64,000 nt of DNA from Vicugna vicugna (Eukaryota), in NCBI GenBank assembly GCA_013265495.1, contig MU058205.1, forward strand, positions 74,312 through 138,311. The letters are read 5' to 3'. The stretch's first letter is position 1, and each line of letters starts with the position of its first letter. The notes below the pieces were generated by a model. That model saw nothing but the letters and a program-made list of their open reading frames with translations. It was not told the origin of the DNA and searched no databases. A program made the translations under genes and the position numbers. Shown in pieces: positions 12,191 to 24,348 of the stretch.

Positions 12191-13637
12191 GGGGCTTCAG
12201 ATCTGAGAGGTCCATGTGCTGCCCGCGTGGTGGTGAGAACAATGACTGAGTATTAGCCTCTAGCATGTGCTTGACCTTGTTTTTGATAATTGGGTTCTTC
12301 AAGCTTCAAAATAATGGAGTGTTAATTTGCATTTTCTATATTTGAAAGGTGAGAAGCTCAGGGAGCTTAAGTAACCAGTCCAAGTTCAATGGCTAGAAAA
12401 TAGCAGAGCCAAGGAACTTGAATGCAAGAAATAAAATGGTCATCCATGAAAGGTAAAAACTTGTCTTATATTCTTACAATAATAGAAGATGTACATTCAG
12501 CTTATCCAGAGAGTAGAAGGACTTTGCTCTGGTCACAGTGTGCGGTGGGAGGGGAACAGTGGGGACAGACTTCTGGACTAATTACATCAATGTGGGACAG
12601 AGGATGTGAGAGTGTCGGGTTGTAGGTGGACTAGAATCCTTATGGCCACCTGCCTCCAGAATAGTGGCCTGGAAAACCCGGCTCATAGGATGTCAGCATT
12701 CAGAAAGCCACAGAGGAACAGCAGCTAGTTCCTCTAGCTGAGAGGAGGTGGCGAAGGGAGTAGAGAATTGCCTTAAAAAAAATGGGCCACATTTTGAAAT
12801 CAAACTGGCAAAATTCATTATACCTGTAATGTTAACAGTGATAAGTAAGTTGATAAGAATCAGAGTTCAGACTTTCAACAATATTGGGTGGCAGAAACCG
12901 TCTTCCCCAGATGCCTTACTTAATGTGAATTTGCTGATAAATTTTATCCAGTCTGTCAGGGCAGATTTCCATGGATAGTGAAGATGAAACTACTGAGTTC
13001 CTGCAGGTCGTCGGGACACCTGCCTCCATTTCCCGTCCTGGGGGACAAGCCCTACTCTGCCTCCGAGGTGTCATTGTCCTTGGGGTTTCAGAAAGCGATA
13101 AGAAATTTATCGTCTGCTTTGAGTCTGTTGAGATTGCAGGTAGTGTCTTCAGAATTCCATCCCCCTAACCTGGATGGGCCTTTCTGATGCCCAGCTGTCC
13201 TTATTGAACTGGGAACTGGCAGGACTGGCTCTTCTCTCATCCATTCATAGAGCAAAAGGAGCCCATTTAAGTTCATCCAAAATCCACTGACAAGCGATAG
13301 AAGAAACATCTTTCTCCTAACCTGCAAAGTGGAATTTTGAAAGATCCTCAGAGAGTGAACAGTGGCCATTACAATTTGAATTCCTTCATCCTATTTCATA
13401 CAGCTCGTCCTGCTATTCCTACATGTCCAGCATTGAGAACAGACACTAGGATTCCTATGTCGAGGGTTCAAGTGAGGGGCAAAATGATTGCTTTACTCCC
13501 AGTGGGGTTATTCGTCCAAACACCCCTCCTAGGGGAGGAGGGGCATTGAACTGGGCTCAGGTCCTGGGCCTCCACCAGGGAAGCGGACACTGTGGCCTGG
13601 GATGGTCCAGCCTGGACTTGAGAGGTGACCTCCAAAC

Positions 13638-13775
13638 TAGGGTTGCCATGCAAAATTTGGGACATACTTCTACTAAATTACTTGCTGTCTGTCTGAAATT
13701 CAAACTTTTTTGAATTTATATTTTATCTGATTATTATCAATATTTTAAAATCCTGGGTTTTATCTGGCAGCCCTG
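13638..13775. mobile_element. hAT MITE (MER53-like)
   Basis: terminal inverted repeats agggttgcca...tggcagccct; internal ctgaaattcaaa. Confidence 0.7.
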
Positions 13776-15015
13776 CTCTCATCACAATTTCCTAAACTGA
13801 AGAACAGGGTCAAAATATCAGAGCGAAGGAGTAGACAGAAAGGTTGGCTCTGGTAACCAGGCAATGGGGTCAATTAGAGATTGATCAAAGCAAGAGCTCT
13901 GGAGTTGTCAGAATCAATAGAAATTATTGATTGATTGAAACATACCAAGTTCACATCACAGTGATGCGTGAAGCTCTCCACTAGACACAATATGAAGAGA
14001 TGCAGCGAGCACGTCCCCCTCACCGGGAACCTGTGACTCCCTCGCTGCGTTCTGAGCCCAGCTGAGTTTTCTGTCTGCCTTATGGCTCTCCTGGCCACCC
14101 ACCTCCACTGTCATCACCTGATCTCTGCTTCCCCTGGGGTTGGTTGATGGTGGGCCCTGGGGCACATGGGAGCCGGGAGAGGGTGAGGGTTTCGGTGCTT
14201 GGCTGCCCGGCTGGAGCCCAGGTTCTGTACTGACTTCTGACCAGTGCTTCCTGCTTGACCCTCCGGGCCCGGGTGGTGCGGCTTCTGCTGGTCACTGATC
14301 CCTGGGCTTCACCATGGCTCGCTGGTTTCCTTCATCCTCTTCTGACTTTTCTAGATAGCTTGCCACTTAAGTCTCCTCAGTTACCCCTTTGAGTGTGTCC
14401 TCTCTGTCCTGTGGGGACACTGATTGACACAAGTGTCACGGTCTCTCCTATGATTCTGCTTTTCAGGTTGTCCATAAAATCTGATGGAAAAAAAAAAAAA
14501 CCAACCAAAGACAAAATCAGTGAAGTGAAGGGATGCACTATACACTGGGAGAAAGTAAAACTACAGTGGCAGGTGTGCTGACCGTGCAGGGATGGCGGTG
14601 GTGGGGGCTGGGGCAGAGGCGCTGTGGCTGCTGGGGTGGTGTTCATGTTGTGCTGGCCAAGGTCCGTTGTAAAAGAAGTCCTCGCGTTTATCATCCGTGT
14701 AAATATTATGTGCTTGTACAGTGACAGGCGGAATAGCCGTTCCAATCTATGCAGCGACAAATTTCCATAAATATGTATTTTATATAATATACACGTGTAC
14801 ATCTCATCTAAAGAAGACCTCAAATAGTTGACTGGTTTTCACAAAGAGGAAAGCAAATCTCCCAGGATGAATGACTGCTACCTTTCCTTAAACATATTTT
14901 GAGCTGCCCTAAGAGAGATCACAAAAGACAAAGAAGGATGTTCTAGGGAAGGAAAGTTTACTTCTGTGCCAGCGAAAACTTTGTAACAGTGTGAGATCCA
15001 AAAAGAATTCATAAA

Positions 15016-15145
15016 GGGGGAGGGTATAGCTCAAGGGGTAGAGCTAGTGCTTAGCATGCACAAGGTCCTGGGTTCAATTCCCAGTACCTCCTTTAAAAAA
15101 TAAATAAACCTAATTACCACCCCCTAAAAAAGTAAAAAAAAAAAA
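15016..15145 (+). mobile_element. vic-1-like SINE
   Basis: ggggagggtatagctcaag...cttagcatgcacaaggtcctgggttcaattcccagtacctcc, then aaataaacctaattaccaccccc and an A-tail. Confidence 0.92.
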
Positions 15146-16488
15146 TTTTACAGTTCAACTCTATGTTGTTTGTTCATAAGAATCACTTGCCTTTGGTGAT
15201 ATAACATATTTTGTCATTTAAAAGAAAATCTCATGAGTTCAATTACGTGGCATAAACAGATTAAGAAAAAGTTTGCTAAGCTGTCCCAGCCCTGGTAGCC
15301 CCTTTTAACGTAGGGCTCACTATTTTTTTTCCCCCTTGCATGCAAAGAGCCTTAATGAAAAATGGATTCTTGCCAGAAATGTCTAGGAGTCAGTAGTCTT
15401 TTAAATTTTGGAGGATGTGATATTAGGAAAAAAACTCTGAATGAGTTAGTATGTTAGAACACTGCCTGGCTCATAGTAAGTGCAGTGTAAGGCCTGCTAG
15501 CGTCCTTGTTAATATTTAACTTGGGCATCATCTTTTCACACCAGGGTTCCAGGTCCTGAGAACTCTGCTCCACCTGCCATCGGCACCACCCACCCCCTCG
15601 GCCCGCCCCACCCTGCAGCTTGTCCCCACTGTCGCCACCTGCACACCCGTGGGAAGTTACGCCTGGTCTCTGCTTCTGCAGACGCCCCACAGAGGTTGAA
15701 GAGGAAGATGCCCCCAGGGCCGTCCCCTGGTGTCCAGCAGCTCCCCACCCAAGTTTCCACCGCCCGAGGCACGGCGCCGACAGCCACAGGATGGTCGGAT
15801 GCTGTTCTGCCACAGACTCTGGGATGGAAGGTGGAAAGGAGGCTGTGGGGAAATTAACATAGTTTCTAAGTAAAAAGAAAGTGTGACTCTGGCAATTATA
15901 GTATATCCTCACACTGGCCCAACAGCCGGTTACAAATAGTCACTAATAACCTGAACGTAGGCTGGAATGTTAACACCACCAATTAGTTATTTAAACTTAA
16001 TTATGCAGTAATTAAATGGAACACTTCTCTTTTGCACTTTTCCTTTCCTCAGAATGGTTCAAGTCTTTATAAGAGTCTGATTAACTTGCCATTTTCACAG
16101 AGTATGAGGCTTATGGTTATTTTTGGTTTGCATACAAATGTAACTAACAGTAATTCGTCATTGCAGCTACAATTTTTAAATACACAACTCATTGCAATGG
16201 GAAAGGCCTGTGAAGTGTCTTATAGAAGAAAATTCAGGGGGAAAAAAGAGAAGGAAATTCAGAAGCAGCCATTTCTTCAGACGCTGTACAAACTTCGTCT
16301 CTTTTTAGATAGGGATCCATATTTTTACTGGTTTAACAGCAAAATAAAAGGCAATTGCTCACTTATGAGCTGACTCTAGTACAGAAACTTGTTCCTTTTT
16401 AGATCTGATGAAAGGTCACCCAGCAGCAAGAATCCTTGCAAGAGCGGACATATAATATCAAGTTATTTGGGTTCAATTCAGCCAGTGG

Positions 16489-16830
16489 GTTTTTTTTTTT
16501 AACTTTTTTACTTTTAAAAAAATTTTTATTTTTTTCAGTTTTATTAGGTAGAATTATTACAGTTTGGCTGCACATACACATTATACTGCATGTAAACACA
16601 TATATACAATACACTGCACAATTTTTTTAGTTTAAATACATGCACTGATCATTGTTTCTAAGAACAGATTAGAGCTTTAGCTTTTTAACTTCCATAGTTA
16701 TCAAAGGAATAAAGCCAATCACAAAATAAGAATCAACAGAATGCAGTAACCCAATCATAAAGGACAGTCAGATGTGCTCACACATATTCAAGAAATCCAT
16801 CATCTAAGTTATAAATAGTAAGTAGTTAAT
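16489..16830 (-). mobile_element. unidentified polyadenylated retroposed sequence
   Basis: poly-T tract, then tttatt (AATAAA on the minus strand) at ~16540, then AT-rich sequence with a homolog at ~50005-50130. Confidence 0.5.
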
Positions 16831-16839
16831 TTGTGTCCT

Positions 16840-16917
16840 TATTTTTTTATTTTATTACTTTTTATTTTTTAAGTGAGTTTATTTACTTCTTTTATTTTCC
16901 TTTTCTTTTCTTTTTTC

Positions 16918-16948
<31 letters not shown>

Positions 16949-17025
16949 TGATGAAAGGACTGGGGATTGAACCCAGGACCTTGTGCATGACATGCTCTAC
17001 CACTGAGCTATTCCCCTCCCTCCCC
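16840..17025 (-). mobile_element. vic-1-like SINE with long A-tail
   Basis: ctggggattgaacccaggaccttgtgcatg...ctctaccactgagctattcccctccc. Confidence 0.88.
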
Positions 17026-17659
17026 TAGATAGTGTTTTTTTAATCAATCATCACATGCTAGACACTATTCCAGGCATTGTGAATTTGGAGATGATTAAGG
17101 TGCTGTGTCCTTCAGAAGCTCACAGTTTCTTCCTGAGACCGGAAGCTAGCACACAGAGAGGAGTTCTATAGATGGTGCCCAGGATGGGAGCCTTTATGGA
17201 GCACCCGAGGCTGGCGGTTCCTTCCAAAGGGAGCTCGCTTTTCCTGAGTTATGTGTCTGTCCCCTCTGGTCGACTAGGTACTGCTGGAGAACAAGGACCA
17301 TGTCTTCCTTGTTCTATCCCTACCAAAAGTCCAGGGCTCAACTTACTTTTTTTTTAAAAGACAACTATAAAGAGAAAGGGAAGGAGGGAAGGAGGGAGAA
17401 AGAAAAAAACACAGAAATAGAAATGTTAATAAAAGAGGTGTGTCTTGAGTCAAACATTAAAGGATGAATATGATTTTTCTAAATTAGAAAAGGAAGAGGG
17501 AATGCTGAATTCTGCCTGGAATGGGAAAAGAGTCAGCAAGGATTTCATAGAAGACACGACATTTGAGCCAGGACTTAAATGGTACCAGCATCTGCCACAA
17601 GGAGAAGGAGAAAAGGGGCGAGGCATAGCACACAGAGTGACACATATAAAGAAACGTAA

Positions 17660-17858
17660 GTGACAGTGTGTCAATTTCTGTGTACAGCACAGTGTTCCAA
17701 TCATGCATATATAGACATAAATTCATTTTCATATTTCTTTTCATTAAAGTTGTTACAAGATACAGAATATAGTTCCCTGGGCTGTACAGAAGAAATTGAC
17801 ATATTGTAGCTAACTCTACGTCAATAAAAAATTTTTAAATTAAATTAGAAAAATTAAA
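17660..17858 (+). mobile_element. short L1 3' insertion with 5' inversion
   Basis: inverted L1 tail 17660-17790, sense tail plus A-tract 17791-17858; TSD aaagaaacgtaa at 17648-17659 and 17859-17870. Confidence 0.85.
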
Positions 17859-18539
17859 AAAGAAACGTAAATACTTGGAAAATGGATCGATCAGACATGT
17901 TGCCAGTGTGGCCTAGACATGGAGAACTGAGGAGAGATGAGGCGGACTCCAGATGGTGAGACCATGAATGGCAGACCAAGAAGGCAGCTCACAAAGTAGA
18001 AACAATTGATCTGGTCCTTGATTCAGAGACATACCCAGAGTGGAAGAAGGGAGGAGTAAAGAGAGACCAGGAAATAAATTGAGACCCTTCACGCTGGTCC
18101 AGACCGAAGGCAATGAGGGTCTGAGCTCGAGAAGGAGCCGGGGGAATGAAAAGCTGAGTTGTGGGCTGGGCTCTCGACAGATGATTGACCACGGGAGAAG
18201 CTGTATTTAACAAGAGTAAGATTTCCCTTCCAAAGGGACGATGCCTGCACTACACGCAGAAAAACGAAATCGGGGGAGGAGTCGGTCACGGGCTGGGGGA
18301 GGGTGGTGATCTGATGATGTTGCGGGATTAGGAGAGACCTGCAAGGGAAGGCTGGACCTGCTGGCAGGGGTCTTAGCGCCATCTGCCCCGAGCAGCATCG
18401 TTGACTGATGTCAGGCCGACCCCCAGCGTCCCGCCCTGCCTGCACCTCAGTCTTAAACCGCTAATGGGTGCACAGCCTCTCCCCAACCCCAACCCTCCTC
18501 ACCCCTGCCCTGTTGAACATGACCTCACTTTACCCTTCT

Positions 18540-18790
18540 CTGAGACAGGATCGGCTTGGTGATGGTGCCGTAACATACACCCTCCAAACCTTAATGGCTC
18601 ACAACAATGAAGGTTCATGTCTTGTTCACATTACACATTGTTGCAGGTCAGCTGGGGTCACTGCTCTGCATCCTCACTGGCCTCCTTACGGGTCCAGGCT
18701 GATGGAGCTGGTATTAACAGTCATCACAGCAGTGGGAAGAGAGACTGTGGTAAAACCTGCACTGGCACCTGACATTTCCATTCTAGTGGC
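18540..18790 (-). mobile_element. old MLT1-type LTR fragment
   Basis: tgccgtaacatacaccctccaaaccttaatggctcacaacaatgaaggttcatgtcttg. Confidence 0.5.
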
Positions 18791-18939
18791 ACAAGGGACA
18801 AGGGATCCGGGACCCAACTCCCATCTTTTGTGGAAGAATTCCAGATACTCCTCTCTCAGAGACAGAGCTCAACTTCCCAGTTCCCCATGTGTGCTGTGCT
18901 CAGCGCTCCTTCCCAAAGGCATGGAAAAGAGAAAAACAG

Positions 18940-19405
18940 TACCGTGACAGTGGAGAAGCCTGACAAACACCCCACCGGCCAGGTGACCACTGAGAAGTCA
19001 CGCTGGTAGCACGTCGCCTGGATATGATGTTGTGGGAACCTCCAGGTCTTCCTCCCTAAAACCTACATCCCCAGTCTATTATTTTATTTTTTACTTTTTT
19101 TCTCTTTTTTAATGTATTTTATATATTTTTTGGGGGGAGGTGGTTAGGTTTACTTATTTATTTTTAGAGGAGGCACTGGGGATTGAACCCAGGACCTCGT
19201 GCATGCTAAGCATGCGCTCTACCACGTTGAGCCGTACTCTCCCCCCAAGGTTGGCTCCTTAGTTACCATAAATGTGGCATGTTCGTGTGAGATGTTAACT
19301 GTAGAAGGAACCGGGGGGCGGATTTCTATGGAAAATCTATTAACTGTCTTTGCAATTTTTCCACAAATTGAAAAATATTCGAAAGTAAAACGTTTATTTC
19401 TATTA
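18940..19405 (+). mobile_element. old L1MC-type 3' fragment interrupted by a SINE
   Basis: acagtggagaagcctgacaaacac...; gtgagatgttaac...actgtctttgcaatttttcc. Confidence 0.5.
19082..19246 (-). mobile_element. vic-1-like SINE
   Basis: ctggggattgaacccaggacctcgtgcatgctaagcatgcgctctaccac. Confidence 0.9.
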
Positions 19406-21984
19406 AACAAAAAGAGGCACATGCCATTTCCAATCACAACGTTAACCCAAGAACTCAGCTACTTGCTCACACTGGATTCTGCCTCTCAAATGCTGTCACT
19501 GGGTATCATAATCAGATGACTAAATAAATCAAGGCTGTGTTCCCCTTGTAAATAGCTTGTGGCCAAGAGTGACCAAATACCAAATAAATTCATCAACTGT
19601 AATTAGGGGCGAAAGGAAATCAAATCAAGGGTAGATGCTAGTATTCCGTAAAACATAGCAAAACAGCGAAGAAAAATGACAGCGCTCAGAACCATCGCTG
19701 CCACTCCTGTTTCACTGTCTGATGTGGGCCTTGTGACCACAGCTAATGCACAGCGTGTCCCCAGTATTTACCTCCTTCTACCCTTTAGATCTGAATCTTA
19801 GTGCCACTTCCTGGGCTTCTGTGACTCGGGGGTCCTTGGTAGCGAGGATTCTGGTTTTTGCGTTGCCCACCCTGGGTGGACGTCTCCCTTGGTCCAGGTG
19901 GGTCCCCACAACACAAAGTCCCTTCTTGTGCAGAGCGCTCCTGTCAGGTTGGCCTGGCCCCAGCAGTAAACGGAACAGAGGTAATAATATCTGGGTTGTA
20001 ACGTGAAAAGGCATCAGAATTCAACAGCATTGAGGAGGAAGGGAGAGGAGAGGTGAATGCACCCAGGACCAGGCATGCTCTGCAGGGGACGCAGCCAGGA
20101 CCCAGGCTGGCTGGACGGGAAGGCTTTGTCGGGGAGAGTGGGGTGAGGAGGAGGGGCTGTGGCTCTGGGCTGTGAAAGGCCCTGTGCGCTCACCAGACGG
20201 GCCTGCACTTCTGAGCAGGGAGAAGATGAAAGGGGTGTTGGGTGGAGGTTGTTCTGGGAAGATGAGTCTATGAAAGGATGCTCAGAAAGGATGTAGCAGA
20301 CTGTCGGGGTAGGAATGGTAATCTGAGAGATGTCCTCCATGGCTACCAAAATTGCCAGGAGTGTTCTGGAATAGAAAACAATAGAAAGACGTTCAAAGGT
20401 GGAAGCGAGATGGAAGCTGTCAGCTTTAAATCCCAAATGTATTTATGTACTGTCTATGATCTGCTCTTGGCATCTGAGAGAAAGCGATTTCCCAGAGGCA
20501 TACGCTGAGATGTTTCGTTTATAACAAACTGCTCCAGGAGAGAGATTCTCTCTCTTTCTCATCTGATTATTTTTTCTGAAGCCCTTGGTAGTCCTCATTT
20601 CCATGTCCACTCCTCTCAAAGTAACCTGCATCTCTGAGCGGCTCACCGGGTCACTGCTGCCTTCAATGAGTTAGCAGCCGGGCTGGGAGCCAAGATCACG
20701 CGATTTCATGTTTACAAATGGCCTTGTTGCATCCGCAGGGCTCAGTCACAGTTGGTGGGCCGGCGGTGAGTTCTTGCTGTGTCCCGGGAGAGAGTCTTCT
20801 GTTTTCTAGTGTCCCTTCTCTAATCAGTGTCATTATGCTCTCATTTCCTCAAATGCTGCCCCTGATGGGGGTTTCTGTTTCATGAAAGAAAGTAATTGAG
20901 TTGGTGTCTTGGCCATAAGGGTGCATCGACGTCTACGGCAGACACTGTAAACGGAGAGTGAGAGGTTGGATAATCGTGAGCGGTGCTGGGCGGGAGCAGC
21001 GGTGATCGCCCCGGTTTTCCTCCCAGGGGGTCCACGCAGCGTCTGGGAACTGTGCTCAGCCAACTGCCTCTGCTTTGCCGAAAAACTGCCTGCTGTGTTC
21101 ATGAACTGCTGTTTGGGTAACACTCTTCTCGCTGTCCTAGGCATTTTCCTCCTTTACAGAGATTTTTATAGTGTGTGGGGGGTCCCTTTGCTGGGGAACA
21201 GCACTGCGTACAGCAGTCAGCACGGCGCGGACTGCGGAGGCAGAGAGAAAGGAACGCTGGCCGTTCAGTTTCCAAATCTCCGGGTTCTTTTCTTCGTGGT
21301 TTGATGTTGCTTTGTTTCAGAAAATATTAGCATATAAAATTCAATTTGGCTTTCCTCCTCCCCTGATTTGAAGTTAATGAATTTTGTTGGTATTTGATCT
21401 GACCACAGGCTGTTTCATTAGCTAAATAAAAGTTGCGTTAATTTTAGGGACCTCATAATTACACCGGATGGGAGACCCTGGTGTGAGCGGGTAGTTACAT
21501 GGTTCTCATGCAATTTAATCTTATTTATTTTCCCTAGAGATGGACAGCGTGGTCCTGATCATTAACATAACTACTTTAATATGGATTACAAAACAGCGTC
21601 AAAAATTGGATAATGTCATTGTTCTCCGTGTAATCAGAGGCTGCATCTTCGTGGGGAGGGTCTCCCTCCAGAAAGGGGACCTCCCCGGGTCTTGTGGGAA
21701 TAGAGCAGGCAAGGAGACATTCAGACAAAACCCATTAGGCACCAAGAGAACTTGACAGGCTGTGATGAAACTGACAAATCATGGTTCCCTTGCCATTTCT
21801 TTCTCAAAAAAAGAAAGAATTTTAGATCCATTATACAAATATGTTTTAAAATACAAATCATTCTTTGCTCCTGTTGGTAGCTTTTAAGACAAGTAGAAGA
21901 AATGATTGTACTAAATGACATTTGAATTGTACAGCTAAAACCTAATCTTACCTATCACTTTACAGTTTAGAAACATTCAGGAAG

Positions 21985-22290
21985 GCAGCTACGCACGACA
22001 GTCTGAGTGTATCTCACAAACATCGTGTGGAGCAAAAGCAGCCAGACCCAGACGTTTATGTCCCACACGGCTGGTCACATAGTGATTTCTTGTATAAAAA
22101 GAGGCAAAACTCGTCTGTGGTCTTAGGAGACCAGAGAGGGGTTACCATAGGCAGTCATGTTGGGATGGGGCGTAAAGGGGGCATCTCGGGTGCTGATAAC
22201 ATTCTGCTTTTCATTCTGGTCATGTGAGTCTGCTCACTTTGAATTAGGTCATTGCAAGTTGTGTATATTTTTGTAAATAGAAAAAAATGT
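21985..22290 (+). mobile_element. old L1ME-type 3' fragment
   Basis: atctcacaaacatcgtgtggagcaaaagcagccagacccag...gggtgctgataacattctgcttttc. Confidence 0.5.
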
Positions 22291-23817
22291 CAAAAAAAAA
22301 GGAACAACTTTTCATCTAGAGAGAGAGAGAGAATATTCACATAAATATTTCATTTAACTTCCCAACAACAACCCGTGAAGGAGGCACGTGGAGTGTCAGG
22401 CCCCCACCCCAGAGGTGCTTTGGGTCTGGGAGAACTGCTCTTTGCTCCTGAGCTGAGAAGGGCCCGGCCCGCCCGTCTTCTGATGTGGGTCCAGCACGTT
22501 CCCTCCCCTGGTTCCTACTGGCTGGAATGTGCCAGTCGAATCAGGGCAGACGGGAGGAAGCCGGGCAGCCCTCTGGACACAGTATGATGTAGAGGAGAAG
22601 AGAGGCACACAGAGCCTTACACTTGGATTAACAAGAAAGAAACAGACATGAAATAAGTGGTTTCAAAGCCAGTTGGACCTGTTGCTAATCTGCTCAGCAA
22701 GTGGATGTGACCTTTGTCTTTCTTTCTGTCTCCGCGCTTGGAAGCTGTCACAACTGAAGGTGTTCACAAGTGTGTGGGGGAGGAGATCAGAGAGGACAGT
22801 TCATCCAGGAGTGTGTTTCCACTGTGGGGCTGTGTGGCGGGTGCTGTTCTCTTTGGGAGAAGCCATCACGTCCCTCGTCACCACCTGCCAATGAGCGTCT
22901 CCTCTGACTGTCTGCTTGGGGGTGACCCGACTTCTCACTAGGAACAAGCGTTGTAGGCCTGCCCCCATTTGTCCTCCACTCACTCAGATCCGGCCAGCCA
23001 CACACAGGGATATCTAAACACATCTGCCCTGAGTACTGAGGACTCTCAGTGGCCTCTGAAATACAGGGCAAGCCAAGGTAGGAAGGTTTTCCTTCTTTAA
23101 CTGCAGTTCTATCCAATGAAGAGATTGAATGGGATCACTACCACTTGAATGTTGTTTGTTTTCGACTCAAATGTCTACAAGGCTTCCAGTTACACATAGA
23201 GCCTTGAACCCATGCTCCATTCCAAAATCCCACTGAAATGACAGTAATGAATGACTGAGTGAATGGTATAAACCCAGGAGGACATGGAGAGTCTTGGTGT
23301 TGAGTATAGAAGACAGAGAACAGCAGCACAGTTTTGGCAGATGAGAGCAGAGCTGTGATTGGTAACTGATAAACAGGACAGAGAAAGAATGCAAACATCC
23401 CTCCCCACTCCCTACTGTGCCTCCTTCATTAAGCCACACAGCCAGGAGGAGAGTTTATTCTAAAGAGAAATCAAACCAGAGAGGCTCGGGACTTAGTGAA
23501 ATGAGCAGAGAGAGGGATGAAGTGCCCTACTAAAAAGAAGGGGACTTAGTAAAATCCTACATTCCAAGTGGTTGCAGCCCAAGAGAGAGATGTAGAGGTA
23601 TGAACACGTGAGGGTTTCCCAAGGAGACAGTGGGGAAAGACAGCCCACAACCCTGTGTGGTAGAGTCCATTGGATGCCAGCTTCAATCAGCTTTTTAGGG
23701 CCTCACTTCTAGCAGACAGAGGATGCCACCAGACACTCCAGGAAAGTTTTTATCATGAGAGGTGAGAACCAAAACAGTCTAAAAACAAAACATTGAAGGA
23801 AACAAGAGACAATGCCA

Positions 23818-23862
23818 GAAGAAGAAAAAGAAGAAGAGGAAGAAGAAGGAGAAGAGGAAGAA

Positions 23863-23893
<31 letters not shown>
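23818..23893. repeat. (GAA/GAG)n polypurine repeat
   Basis: seen directly. Confidence 0.95.
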
Positions 23894-23894
<1 letters not shown>

Positions 23895-24348
23895 TGACTA
23901 GTGTATAACATCAAGAGATGAGAAACGATTTTATATTCATGAAACAAGAACAGTATGCTTAAAAAAAAACCTTTGGAGAACAAGAAAGAAAGAGCTCTTG
24001 AAAATTAAAAATATAATTGCAGGAATATGAGTTCAAAAGAATGTTTTTGCTTTTTCAGAAGAGAAGTGTAAAAAGCATCACTAAACCCAAGGCTGGATGG
24101 ACAAGGACCCACATCAGCATCCAAATTGTTGCACTGACAGACTGAGGCAAATCAGCCTCTGCTGGCTGCCTGATTTCAAGTGGAGTGGAATCAGCAAGAG
24201 AACTACTGGAAAGTCCACTGCTATGCAAAGAGCTTCTTCAAACACAACTAGGTCATGAATAAACTCAAGGTTAAGTAGCCACATGGATCCCACTGATGTC
24301 TCCTTGCAGGACTCTGAAACCAGTAAGTACAATGTGACCACCATTGAT

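Noticed and set aside
16478..17040. Single TSD around the SINE plus the orphan polyadenylated sequence
   Set aside because: The flanks (cagtgggtttt vs tagtgtttt) match too weakly to call a TSD.
23753..23983. Poly-Leu 'signal peptide/membrane' ORF
   Set aside because: It is the translation of the (CTT)n strand of the GAA repeat.
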